DNA of 64,000 bases, taken from Dehalococcoidia bacterium (GTDB lineage Bacteria > Chloroflexota > Dehalococcoidia > Lucifugimonadales > VXLM01). The notes beneath the pieces are model-generated. The model was given only the letters and a program-made list of their open reading frames with translations, did no database searches and was not told where the DNA came from. Positions 9,473-19,161 of this stretch are shown piece after piece. The DNA is taken from positions 2,556,423-2,620,422 of the forward strand of contig CBDDPU010000004.1 in assembly GCA_965232435.1 (NCBI GenBank), written 5' to 3'. The position numbers and the translations under genes are program-made. The number at the start of each line of letters is the position of its first letter. Position 1 is the first letter of the stretch.

Positions 9473-10243
9473 ATGGACGGTAAAGTGGCCATCGTTACCG
9501 GCGGCGCCGGCGGGATAGGCTCTGCCGTTTGTCGCGCCTTCGCTCGTCTCGGCGTAGGTGTGACAGTTGCCGACGTGGACGCCGCCAAAGCCGATAAGAC
9601 CGCTCACGAAATTTCGATCCAAGGCGGGAGCGCGACCGGGATTGAAGTCGACGTCACTTCCGAAAGTTCTGTGGAAGCGGCAGTGCAGCAAACAATCGAC
9701 CACTTCGGACGAGTCGACTTCCTCATCCACTGCGCCGGAAACAATGTCAGGGCCCCCGTGCTCGAACTCCGAGCGGAGGACTGGAGCATGGCGCTTAACA
9801 CCCACTTGACTGGAGCGTTTCTCTTCAGCAAGGCCGTCGGCAAGCAACTCGTGAAACAGGGTGAGGGCGGACGGGTAGTATTCATGTCGTCGGTTGCGGC
9901 GAGAGCCCCAGTGCCCGAACGTGGCGCCTACACCCCGGCTAAGGCGGGCCTCATCGGACTCGCCGGCGTACTGTCCCTGGAATGGGCGAAATACGGCATC
10001 AACGTCAATGCCGTTTGCCCCGGCATGGTGCTTACGCCGATGACCGAAATGGTATACGCTCGCGAACCGACGCTCCAGGCCCAGCGACTTAAGAGGATGC
10101 CCGCAGGAAGGGAAGCCTACCCCGAAGAGATCGCTGACTTGGTCATGTTCCTCTGCAGTGAGAAATCCTCACATATAAACGGAACGGCAATACCCATTGA
10201 TGGAGCATTCCTTAACAACGGCTTCATGTTGGAGCCCGAGTAG
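9473..10243 (+). CDS. SDR-family oxidoreductase
   Basis: VAIVTGGAGGIGSA cofactor motif and YTPAKAG catalytic motif. The ATG at 9473 lies 6 nt after AGGAGA; the ORF track starts at the GTG at 9470. Confidence 0.9.
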   Translation: MDGKVAIVTGGAGGIGSAVCRAFARLGVGVTVADVDAAKADKTAHEISIQGGSATGIEVDVTSESSVEAAVQQTIDHFGRVDFLIHCAGNNVRAPVLELRAEDWSMALNTHLTGAFLFSKAVGKQLVKQGEGGRVVFMSSVAARAPVPERGAYTPAKAGLIGLAGVLSLEWAKYGINVNAVCPGMVLTPMTEMVYAREPTLQAQRLKRMPAGREAYPEEIADLVMFLCSEKSSHINGTAIPIDGAFLNNGFMLEPE

Positions 10244-10324
10244 ACAAAGACCACGGCCGGCCCCGTCCCGGGGCGGAACTGCCGAAGCTCGGCTACTATC
10301 CCTTAACATCCTCTCGGAGGAGCC

Positions 10325-11182
10325 ATGAGTATTCTCGATAATGCAACACAAGTGTCCGTGTTTGTGGAGGGGCTAGACCACCCGGAGGGCATAGCATGGG
10401 GACTGGACGGGTACGCATACGCCGGAGGCGAAGCCGGCCAACTCTACAGAATCGACGTTGAAAGACGGGAAGCAGTGCAGTTCGCCGAAACTGGCGGCTT
10501 CGTTCTGGGTATGGCCCTCGATGCGAACAACAGCATCTACGCTTGCGACGCCGGCAACAGAGCCGTAATGAAAATCACCCAAGGCGGCGTGGTATCGATA
10601 TACTCAACCGGCGCCCGGGACGAGCCGTTTCGAGTACCGAACTACCCCGCATTCGACGCCAACGGTAATCTCTACGTCTGCGATTCCGGCGACTGGCATC
10701 AGGACAACGGCATGATTTACCGGATCAGACCGGGCGGCGAGACGGAAGTATGGGACAGGCGCCCAAAAGAGTTCCCCAACGGACTCTGCATAGGCCCGAA
10801 CGGCGATGAAATTTACGTCGCCATGAGCGTCAACCCGCCCCGAGTGGATCGCATCGCCATTGAGTCCGACAGCCGGCCTGGTCAACACGAGACGGTAGCC
10901 GAGTTTCCAAAGACCGTCCCCGACGGCGTGGCTTTCGACACCGACCGCAATCTCTACGTCTCCATGTACAGGCCCGACGTTATCTACCGTCGGACGACGG
11001 ATGGAAAGATCGATATTCTCGCCGAAGACTTTGAAGGAACATTGATCGCCGCCCCCACCAATATCGCCTTCTGCGGACGCGACCGTGACTTTCTGCTCGG
11101 CGCAAATATCGGCAGATGGCACATCACTCGGTATGACGTAGACGCAAGAGGACTCCCCTTGCACTACCCGGACATCGGCTAA
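10325..11182 (+). CDS. SMP-30/gluconolactonase/LRE-family beta-propeller protein
   Basis: 285 aa with repeated hydrophobic-Asp blade motifs (EGIAWGLDG, NSIYACD, GNLYVCD, PNGLCIGPNG, PDGVAFD, NLYVS) typical of lactonase propellers. Confidence 0.8.
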   Translation: MSILDNATQVSVFVEGLDHPEGIAWGLDGYAYAGGEAGQLYRIDVERREAVQFAETGGFVLGMALDANNSIYACDAGNRAVMKITQGGVVSIYSTGARDEPFRVPNYPAFDANGNLYVCDSGDWHQDNGMIYRIRPGGETEVWDRRPKEFPNGLCIGPNGDEIYVAMSVNPPRVDRIAIESDSRPGQHETVAEFPKTVPDGVAFDTDRNLYVSMYRPDVIYRRTTDGKIDILAEDFEGTLIAAPTNIAFCGRDRDFLLGANIGRWHITRYDVDARGLPLHYPDIG

Positions 11183-11269
11183 CTTCTTCTGCCGTAAGTG
11201 CCCCCACCTCCCCAGCGACCGGTGAATTCCTTCTACGACCTCAATGGCTTTCAGATTCCAATCCGGCGA

Positions 11270-14200
11270 TCAGGAGCAAACTTCCAAACCGAGTTCGCGA
11301 AGGTCATTGTCTGTCACCTCGCTCAAACCCTCTGGCACACACCCGGTAAATTCATTGCCGGAGAGACGCCATTGCGTTAGGTTGAGTTCATCCAGTTCCG
11401 CCGGTATCTCCCCCGACAGCCTATTTTGATATAGCCACAACCGCTCCAAATTAGCCAGATTGCCCAACGAACTGGGAATCGCCCCGCTCAACATATTCCT
11501 GTGGAGCCACAACCGCTGCAAACTGCTCATGTCTCCCAACTCGGACGGAATCCCGCCGGTCAACCGGTTGCCGTGAAGACGCAGGTACCTAAGATCGCTC
11601 ATACCTCTCATATCGGGTATCGCCCCGTTCAACCGGTTGGTGTGCAGGTTCAAATCCCAAAGGTTGGAAAGCCTACTCAACTCCGCCGGAATCCCCCCGG
11701 TCAACTCGCTCGTATGGAGCCACAGATACCGAAGACTGCTCATATCTCCCAGATCTGAGGGGATCGTCCCGCCCAAGGGATTATTGTTGAGATACAGATA
11801 CACGAGGCCGTCCATGTCGCCGAGCCACGATGGAACGCCACCCGTCAGATGGTTATTCTGAAGCTTGAGTTGAACCAAGGCCGTCATACCCTTCAAATCC
11901 GGGATTGGTCCGCTCAAATCGTTCCCCCAGAGCCAAAGTTCCCTTACGCCCTTCATCTTCCCGAGCCAGGCCGGCAACCCACCGGTGAAACTGTTATTCG
12001 ACAGGTATAACTGCTCCAATTCCGTCATACCGCTCAGGTTGGGAATTGGCCCACTCAATCGGTTGTTATTAAGACCCAAAAATCTCAGATTCACCAGATC
12101 GCCTAGCTCAGCCGGTATCCTGCCGTTTAGGGCATTGTTTCGGAGATTGAGATAGGTCAACTGGGAAAGCCTTCCCAACTCAGTCGGAATGGATCCGTTC
12201 AAACCATCTGATCGAATGTTTAGCCACGCCACCCTTGAAGGTACTCCCCGAAGCGTAATTCCCTCCCACGTCGAGATTGACCTGTCTGCCGACCAGTTCA
12301 ACGCACTGCTCCCGGCGAGAGTGTCCCGCGCCATAAGCAGGGCCTCGCAGTCGGAGATCAATTCGGTGTTAGTCTCTTCAGTCACCGCGCCCCCTGTGAC
12401 GCAGGGGCTCACCGCCGTCGATTGGGTGACCGTCTCGGACCAAGGGCCCGCGCCGTTGCGATTGACCGCTCGGACCTGGACATCATAAAACGCGCTTCCC
12501 GTTAGTCCCGCGACGGTGTACTCGATTTGACCCCCGGAACGAACGGTTCCAACATTCTTGACTTCGACCCAGTTGGACGAGTCCAACTCGTCGCTAATCG
12601 TCCATATGTACCGTATGTCATAAGACGTGATATCGGAACCGCTCGCATCGTCGGGGGGCCTCCAATACACCCTCAGGTACCCGTCACCTGAGGAAATTTC
12701 TCGAATGACCGGAGCGTCGGGCGTGCGCTTGATCGTGATTGTGTAGGTCCGGGTCGATGCACCGTCACCGGACGTAACTCTGATACTCACTACCGTAACG
12801 CCGGGGTTAAGGTCAATCTGATGACCGTCCCGCGTAGTGTCTGCATCGGTAAGCTCACGCTGCTCTTCATCAAGGAAGATGATGCGGGCATCTTCTTCCC
12901 CCACTGCATCAATTGTCACACGAGGCGCACTCGCCACCGCCGTGTAGTCAGTGCGATACGGATCAAACGAATGCAGCGGCGCTCCCGGGGAAATAGTAAG
13001 ACGCTCCAAAAGAACGTCGCAGAACGGCAAAGCGAGATCGTCAAGGTCGTTGTTCTCAACATCCCGCAACCCAGCGGGAACGCATCCCTCTAATCGATTC
13101 TCCCTGAGCGACAGCCTGCGGAGATCTCCCAGATCGCCAAGCGACGACGGGATGGACCCTGACAGCAGGTTTTCCCTGAGCAACAGTTGTTGCAAGTTAG
13201 CGAGACTGCCAATTCCCGGAGGTATAGGGCCGGTTAACTGATTCCGCCAAAGAGAGAAAACTTCGAGGTCGACAAGGTTGCCCAGTGAAGCCGGTATTGA
13301 ACCGGTAAGCTGATTTTGCGAGAGATACAGCTCCTCCAAATGGGACAGACTGCCGAGTTCGCTAGGTATCGTCCCGGTAAATTCATTGCCCCAAAGGGAC
13401 AGCGATTCAAGATCAGTGAGACCGCCCAGCCACACCGGCAGCGTTCCCGTCAGTTCGTTGCTCGACAGCGCCAATCGCCGCAACCCCACAAGGTTGCCCA
13501 GTTCGGCAGGCAAAGGGCCCGTCAATCGGTTTCGCAAGAGTGACAGTTCTCGCAGTTTGGAAAGACCTCCCAAGGACGCCGGAATTGACCCGGATAACCG
13601 GTTTTGCGAGAGATACAGCTCCTCCAAATTGACCAGACTGCCCAGCGAAGCGGGTATCGAGCCGGTCAACTGATTCCCCCACAGAGACAATTCCTCCAAA
13701 TCGGAGAGGTCGCTCAACGACGCGGGAACCCGTCCCGTTAGCTGGTTCCTTGAGAGGATCAGTTCCCTCAACCCGGTAAGCCTGCTGAGTTCGATGGGGA
13801 TTTCTCCGCTCAAATTCCTTGCATAGAGATTCAAGCCTGTGACGCGCCGCGGCGTCCCGCCAATTGTGACCCCTGCCCATTCCGAAAGCGGTCTGCTCGC
13901 CGACCAGTTCAGCGCCGCGCTTCCAGTCAAAGTTTCATAGCCGGCAAGCAAGGCGTTGCAGTCGGAAACCAGTTCTGGGCTGCTAACCGAATCAGCTACG
14001 GCCCCATCTGTCCCACATGCGCCCGACGTTGCCTGTATCGGCTTTTCAGTCAAGGTTCTCGACCAAGGGCCGTCCCCTTCGCGACTTACCGCTCTCACCT
14101 GCACGTCATACGGAACACCACCGACCAACGGAGTGATGACATACTGCAGAGCGCCTCCCGTTTCCGCCTTCCACACATCCTTTACGACAGTCCAGTTAGA

Positions 14201-16648
14201 GTCCGCCACTTTATCGGCGGCCGTCTGAATATAGCGCAAGTCATAAGCTGTGATGGGCGAATTTCCGGTTTGCTTTGGAGCGCTCCAAGCAGCCGTCAGG
14301 GCTTCCACTCCGGACGTGACCGAGTCCAGAGAAGGGGCTCCCAGCGCGCTTTCATGCCCATAGACTTTTAGACTCCATGAATCAAGTATCCCTCCGACCG
14401 TGCGTACATGGTCGGTAATCATCAACCTCCATGTGCCGTTGGGGTCCTCGCCCAAGTGTCGCGCCGATCCGAAGCGAAATGTACTGTTCAGAGGAACGTA
14501 CGCCATGAGGGGATCTTCGTCAGTGCGCGTGTCGAACGGCGTCGACAATTCTGAGACGGCGCCAGACGGCGACTCCAACTCGATCTTCAGGTCGCGAAAG
14601 GAGTTGTGCCGGAAAGAAACGTTAACTTCGACAAACTCCACAAAATCCACCCCGGTGTTGAGTCCAAGTGAGGTAGCAACCGTGGCCGGTGGGCCGATTG
14701 CCGGCGCATCCGGAACAGACAAGTTGAGAATGTTCGACTCCACCTCCGAGATCTCTAATACAGGCAGAGGGCGCCAGCCTTTCGCTAGATCAACAGCGGC
14801 CTTCGCATCGATGACTCCAAAACCATACTCATGGTTAAAGTGATAGCGATCCGATTCGACGGACGTTCCATATTTGCGCGCTCCGTCTTGCCAACCGCTA
14901 TTGCGCGCGTCGTTCTTACGAGCCGAGGCAGCGAGAATGAGCTTGACGTCCCGCCAAGTCAAATCGGGGTTGACACTTCGCATCAAAGCTGCAACCCCGA
15001 CAACTATAGGAGTTGATGACGATGTCCCGCCGAACTCCTCATAGTAACGGTCAGAGTTTTCAGTCGTGAGAATACCCCGATGAATGTCCGAGGGGTCGTT
15101 CGAGGGCGCGCATATCCACAAATTCGGCCCCAGTTCCGAGAACCCGCTTCTGGTGTCGTGATCATTCACAGCGCAGACCGCGATTACTCCGTAGTAGTTA
15201 GCTAACTCGTTGAGGTTTGAGTAATCACCCTTCAAATGCGAGTTGCCTCCTGCGAAGATGTAAACAACCCCCTTGCCGTCGTAGCCGTCCGAGATGCCGC
15301 TGTCCACGGCCAATTCCCAGAATGAGTCGACCATGCTCAGGCCAGGACCTCCGGTCGGCCCCCAACTGTTACCGGAAATCGCGGTTATGTCCCGGTTTCG
15401 GGTCATCGCATCGGCACGGTTTAACGCCGTCGGTTTGACAAGAAAGTTATAACCGTAAATTGTGGCTCGCGGAGCAACGCCGCGAACGCCAATGTCGTTA
15501 TCACGAGCCGCGATGAGACCTGCTACGTGAGTGCCATGATGCCGATAGGGAGTATATATGTCCCCCCTGTCGGTGTAGTCGTAATTCAGCAGTGTATCAA
15601 CGTTCTGCCTGAGATCCTCATGTCCGTAGTACATTCCGTCGTCGACTATCGCTACATTGACGCCCTCTCCGGTGATACCTTCCGCCCACACCGATTCGAC
15701 GTTGATATTCCCTTCATATCGACTGTCGAGGTGCCATTGACATGCGTATAAAGGGTCACTGATCAGGGGCGCGTTCAACAAAAGGGTGGCCGCTTCGCAA
15801 TCGTCGATAAAATCGGTGTAGGTAAAGTCTTCGTAAGCGTGGATGGTATAAGGCACGGAATGAGTAGCAGCGCCAACGGGAGTCTTTATCCTGAAATAGT
15901 AGACGCCAGGCTCAAAGTCGTCCCGGATCAGGAACCCGCGTCTATGTTTTTTACCGAGGATTTCAGCGTACTGGGGATATACGTTTACCGATATCTCCGC
16001 TCCCCCGGATTCTAGAACGACCGCATCAATCGCCGCATAGTTTGTAGCTAACGCATAGACGACTGCGTCAGTACGCTTACTGAACTCCATCCTGAAAAAG
16101 TTCACGTCGTCCGCCGTGTCAATAGCGCCGGGTGTCGGGGAGTACAGACTCAGGCGAGTTGCCGTATTGACGGTGCGGCCGGGGGGCGTTACGGCCTCGG
16201 CGTGTAAAGTATAGTCCCCGATATACTGATTTCTGAAACTGACAACGAGAACGTAATAGACTCCCGGTGTGAGACTTGCCCGAAGATGAAAATTAGCAAA
16301 ACTGTCTACGATTGCGCTGTCGTCGTTAACCGCGATCCTGTTGGCGGTTCGATCAAATAGACCCCCTACGGTATCGAGGTCTCCGGTTGTGTAAATCCAC
16401 ACATCCGTAGTCCCCCACGCACCCGACAAGTCCAGTCTGAACACATCTTGATCATCATGTGAGTCAATCCGACCCTTGATGAAAGTCCCCAGCGTCAGTT
16501 CCGACGCGGTGGCGATGCCGTTGCCGTGGTCGTCCGAAGTCTGTCCCTCAACCCCTCTGGTGGGCAGAATCAAACAGCAGACGACTGATAAGAGAAGGAT
16601 GAATGTTCGCAGCGGCAGCAATCGGCATTGCACTAACGAAGAATTCAC
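11270..16648 (-). CDS. Giant secreted multidomain protein: 2x PPC-like, S8 subtilase (kexin-like), P-domain, then [FN3 - LRR N-cap - plant-type LRR array] x2 with a cadherin-like beta-sandwich between
   Basis: Signal peptide LLPLRTFILLLSVVCCLILP. Catalytic triad motifs VAIVDDG, HGTHVAG and GGTSSSTP. P-domain-like DLKIELESPSGAVSEL...GTWRLMITD. FN3-like segments (ITAYDLRYI...YDVQVRAVS). About 23 repeats of the 24-residue pattern LxxLxLxxNxLTGxIPxxLGxL. Confidence 0.85.
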   Translation of the reverse strand: MNSSLVQCRLLPLRTFILLLSVVCCLILPTRGVEGQTSDDHGNGIATASELTLGTFIKGRIDSHDDQDVFRLDLSGAWGTTDVWIYTTGDLDTVGGLFDRTANRIAVNDDSAIVDSFANFHLRASLTPGVYYVLVVSFRNQYIGDYTLHAEAVTPPGRTVNTATRLSLYSPTPGAIDTADDVNFFRMEFSKRTDAVVYALATNYAAIDAVVLESGGAEISVNVYPQYAEILGKKHRRGFLIRDDFEPGVYYFRIKTPVGAATHSVPYTIHAYEDFTYTDFIDDCEAATLLLNAPLISDPLYACQWHLDSRYEGNINVESVWAEGITGEGVNVAIVDDGMYYGHEDLRQNVDTLLNYDYTDRGDIYTPYRHHGTHVAGLIAARDNDIGVRGVAPRATIYGYNFLVKPTALNRADAMTRNRDITAISGNSWGPTGGPGLSMVDSFWELAVDSGISDGYDGKGVVYIFAGGNSHLKGDYSNLNELANYYGVIAVCAVNDHDTRSGFSELGPNLWICAPSNDPSDIHRGILTTENSDRYYEEFGGTSSSTPIVVGVAALMRSVNPDLTWRDVKLILAASARKNDARNSGWQDGARKYGTSVESDRYHFNHEYGFGVIDAKAAVDLAKGWRPLPVLEISEVESNILNLSVPDAPAIGPPATVATSLGLNTGVDFVEFVEVNVSFRHNSFRDLKIELESPSGAVSELSTPFDTRTDEDPLMAYVPLNSTFRFGSARHLGEDPNGTWRLMITDHVRTVGGILDSWSLKVYGHESALGAPSLDSVTSGVEALTAAWSAPKQTGNSPITAYDLRYIQTAADKVADSNWTVVKDVWKAETGGALQYVITPLVGGVPYDVQVRAVSREGDGPWSRTLTEKPIQATSGACGTDGAVADSVSSPELVSDCNALLAGYETLTGSAALNWSASRPLSEWAGVTIGGTPRRVTGLNLYARNLSGEIPIELSRLTGLRELILSRNQLTGRVPASLSDLSDLEELSLWGNQLTGSIPASLGSLVNLEELYLSQNRLSGSIPASLGGLSKLRELSLLRNRLTGPLPAELGNLVGLRRLALSSNELTGTLPVWLGGLTDLESLSLWGNEFTGTIPSELGSLSHLEELYLSQNQLTGSIPASLGNLVDLEVFSLWRNQLTGPIPPGIGSLANLQQLLLRENLLSGSIPSSLGDLGDLRRLSLRENRLEGCVPAGLRDVENNDLDDLALPFCDVLLERLTISPGAPLHSFDPYRTDYTAVASAPRVTIDAVGEEDARIIFLDEEQRELTDADTTRDGHQIDLNPGVTVVSIRVTSGDGASTRTYTITIKRTPDAPVIREISSGDGYLRVYWRPPDDASGSDITSYDIRYIWTISDELDSSNWVEVKNVGTVRSGGQIEYTVAGLTGSAFYDVQVRAVNRNGAGPWSETVTQSTAVSPCVTGGAVTEETNTELISDCEALLMARDTLAGSSALNWSADRSISTWEGITLRGVPSRVAWLNIRSDGLNGSIPTELGRLSQLTYLNLRNNALNGRIPAELGDLVNLRFLGLNNNRLSGPIPNLSGMTELEQLYLSNNSFTGGLPAWLGKMKGVRELWLWGNDLSGPIPDLKGMTALVQLKLQNNHLTGGVPSWLGDMDGLVYLYLNNNPLGGTIPSDLGDMSSLRYLWLHTSELTGGIPAELSRLSNLWDLNLHTNRLNGAIPDMRGMSDLRYLRLHGNRLTGGIPSELGDMSSLQRLWLHRNMLSGAIPSSLGNLANLERLWLYQNRLSGEIPAELDELNLTQWRLSGNEFTGCVPEGLSEVTDNDLRELGLEVCS
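11345..12230 (-). repeat. Coding 72-nt periodic tandem repeats (LRR array 2, about 12 units)
   Basis: Periodic 24-codon units visible in the DNA and in the translation (LNGSIPTELGRLSQLTYLNLRNNA... to ...LSGNEFTGCVPEG). Confidence 0.8.
13085..13845 (-). repeat. Coding 72-nt periodic tandem repeats (LRR array 1, about 10-11 units) with a 288-nt higher-order duplication
   Basis: The exact 28-mer ttttgcgagagatacagctcctccaaat occurs at 13314-13341 and 13602-13629, 288 nt (4 x 72) apart. Confidence 0.8.
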
Positions 16649-16670
16649 GACGGATACTGGAGGCTATGAA

Positions 16671-17549
16671 TCAAAACCAGCCCAAGTCCCTAGCCCTAGC
16701 CACGAGGGCGGTCTTTTCTTCCCCAGAAGCTGGCGGGAAGGGAAGGCGCGGGTCTCCGCATTCAACACCAAACCTCGCTCCCGCCAGGGCCTTGAACCCG
16801 GCTGGAAACGGAATAGAACGACTAAGGGCCACAAAATCCGTCGCTCGCTTCTGGGCCGCCAAGGCTGCGCTTGTGTCCCCCGCTAGATGCGCGCTCCAGA
16901 TGTCCACCCAAAGCTCAGGGACAATACACAGGGGGCCGTCAATGCACCCAACCGCGCCGACGGCCAGAGCCGGAACCATAAGCATTGAACTCCCTATGAA
17001 GCAGTCAAGCCCCATCCCGACGAATGCGGCGACGTTGTGAAACTCCGATGATGAGTGCTTTAGACCCCGAAGCTGCGGAACTTTGTCCCGAATCTTCGCC
17101 ATCAGATCGGGGCTAATGTCAACACCCGTCGCATGGGGTAGGTTGTAGGCGAACAGCGGCAGTTCGGCCGCACTTCCGACAACTCGGTAGTACTCGACGA
17201 TTGCATCGTCATCTACGCCGTAAAAGAACGGAGGAACCGCGCAAATCGCCTCGACTCCAACCTTGGCGGCGTATTCTGCCTGTCGAGCCGCTTGGGCCGT
17301 CGTCGCCGCGCCGACGTGCATGATGTTCTTGACGCGGCCTGCGTTCTGGTTCGCGGCGATCTCCGCGATACGGTTATTCTCAGCCTCCGTTAAATAGACG
17401 CTCTCTCCTGTGCCTCCGGCGACCCAAAACCCGTGAGCGCCTCCAAGCACATTGCCTTCATAGACAACGCGAAATGCTTCTTCATTCAACTCGCCGAACG
17501 GCGTCATCGGTGTGATGATCGCGGGGTAGACTCCCGCAAAATCGGACAT
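16671..17549 (-). CDS. Dihydrodipicolinate synthase / N-acetylneuraminate lyase-family aldolase
   Basis: YPAIITPMT...GFWVAGGTGESVYLT N-terminal pattern typical of class I DHDPS-family aldolases; 292 aa. Confidence 0.85.
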   Translation of the reverse strand: MSDFAGVYPAIITPMTPFGELNEEAFRVVYEGNVLGGAHGFWVAGGTGESVYLTEAENNRIAEIAANQNAGRVKNIMHVGAATTAQAARQAEYAAKVGVEAICAVPPFFYGVDDDAIVEYYRVVGSAAELPLFAYNLPHATGVDISPDLMAKIRDKVPQLRGLKHSSSEFHNVAAFVGMGLDCFIGSSMLMVPALAVGAVGCIDGPLCIVPELWVDIWSAHLAGDTSAALAAQKRATDFVALSRSIPFPAGFKALAGARFGVECGDPRLPFPPASGEEKTALVARARDLGWF

Positions 17550-17907
17550 AGCGTTCTCTACCTCTCCGTCGTTAAGGGTGTGGCGGCCATTGTAGCATTA
17601 GAAACGCCACATAGCAGGACAATCGCACGGAGAGGATACCCTCTCAATCGTCTCTCCGACGAAGGAACGGTGCCACGTACTCCAATACAGGGCCGGAGTC
17701 CGGAGAGGAAGGTTGACACGCTCTCTCAGACCGCTTCAAGAGAAATGCATGTGCACTCGCCACGCAGTGAAGCGTCTGGACGCGGGAAGCCTGGTAGTGG
17801 TACGTTCTCTACAAGCGCAAAAGCCGCGGAATTCTCAATCATCCGTCCCGAACCCACAGCCGGCCCCTAGAGTACGCGCTATCGGGAACAGGAGCACTGA
17901 CACCGAA

Positions 17908-19125
17908 ATGATGAAGTGGCTAATAGTCGGACTGATCGCCATGTTCGCGCCCATCGCGATCGCCTGCGCCGGCGACGGGGGAAGCAGTGAGCCCACCGCC
18001 ACACCGAAACCGGAGCCAAGCCGGCGAGGCAATAAATTAATTCAAGGCGATATCACCTTCAAGGACGTTCAGAGCCGAATTGACGGCGCGACGATCTATG
18101 TTCGACTGGAGGACATCAGCATAGAGGACGACGCGGCGAAGATACTCGTCGAACAGGTCCTCACGAACGTGTCCGTGGAACCTTCCGACCTACCGACATA
18201 CAAGTACCTCATTGAGCATCGGGAGTTGGAACCTAAGGACACCTACAGGGTCCGAGTACATCTCGACGCCGACAACTCCGGCGACGTTACCGAAGGGGAC
18301 TTCGCTTGGACAGCCTCATATCACGCCTCCCTGGCCGTCGGTTCAAGCCGGCTCAATACCGTCAACGTCACCGTAGAGCCCGTGACCATAGAACGCCCCG
18401 AGGACACACAGGCGGTAGTCCGGGTGGAAGCCCCGATAACGGAAGTCAAGCTAACTTCCTCTCCGGACGACCCAAATACATACATGCTTATGGCAACGTC
18501 TCTCCAGCCCGACGCCTGCGCTCGTCCCAATGGGTTTGAAGTCGCTCGCCGACTCCGTGACGAAGACAGCATCAATGTGGAAGTGTACAACGTCGTTCCC
18601 GCTTCGGCTGACATTGGCTGCGCCGCAGTAATCGACACCACCGAATGGGCTATCACCATCGGCGACTTCCCCGAAGCGGACTCCACAGTCAGCGTCCACA
18701 TCAACGACGACGCATACCGACTCACCCCAGGATCCCCGCCAAAGCTGGAGCCGACTACCGCCGAGCCGCAGGAACTCCAAACGCTTCGCGGGACGATTGA
18801 TTTCGTTGGCGCAACTGAACAAGTGAAGGGAGAAACGCTGTATATCCGCCTTGAAGACCTGAGTAGACCCGATTTGGGAAAACGCCTGATTACCGAACGT
18901 GTTATCCCAAAATTCTCGACAGAGGCTTCAGAACCGGGAAGGTTCCGCTACTCCATCAATTATCAGGAACTGAGACCCTTCGGAGAGTACGCCGTAGAAA
19001 TCCATCTTGATGTCGACGGATCGGACGACATTGACTCGGGCGACTACGCAACCACTGCGAAATACTCCTTCATCGGCCACACCCCGGCCAAGCGAATGAA
19101 CGTCCGCATGACCAAAGTACAGTAA
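17908..19125 (+). CDS. Lipoprotein with two YbaY/YscW-like repeat domains
   Basis: Trimmed to the ATG at 17908, giving signal MMKWLIVGLIAMFAPIAIAC. Two homologous segments of about 95 aa each (IQGDITFKDV...ATIYVRLEDIS...YRVRVHLDADNSGDVTEGDF and LRGTIDFVGA...ETLYIRLEDLS...YAVEIHLDVDGSDDIDSGDY). Confidence 0.55.
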   Translation: MMKWLIVGLIAMFAPIAIACAGDGGSSEPTATPKPEPSRRGNKLIQGDITFKDVQSRIDGATIYVRLEDISIEDDAAKILVEQVLTNVSVEPSDLPTYKYLIEHRELEPKDTYRVRVHLDADNSGDVTEGDFAWTASYHASLAVGSSRLNTVNVTVEPVTIERPEDTQAVVRVEAPITEVKLTSSPDDPNTYMLMATSLQPDACARPNGFEVARRLRDEDSINVEVYNVVPASADIGCAAVIDTTEWAITIGDFPEADSTVSVHINDDAYRLTPGSPPKLEPTTAEPQELQTLRGTIDFVGATEQVKGETLYIRLEDLSRPDLGKRLITERVIPKFSTEASEPGRFRYSINYQELRPFGEYAVEIHLDVDGSDDIDSGDYATTAKYSFIGHTPAKRMNVRMTKVQ

Positions 19126-19161
19126 GCCGCGAATTGCCTGAATGCTTAATCACACTGCCGG

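Noticed and set aside
11345-13845. Regular short-period DNA repeats that might suggest a CRISPR array or satellite
   Set aside because: The 72-nt periodicity lies inside a continuous ORF and corresponds to 24-residue LRR units. There are no conserved direct repeats with unique spacers.
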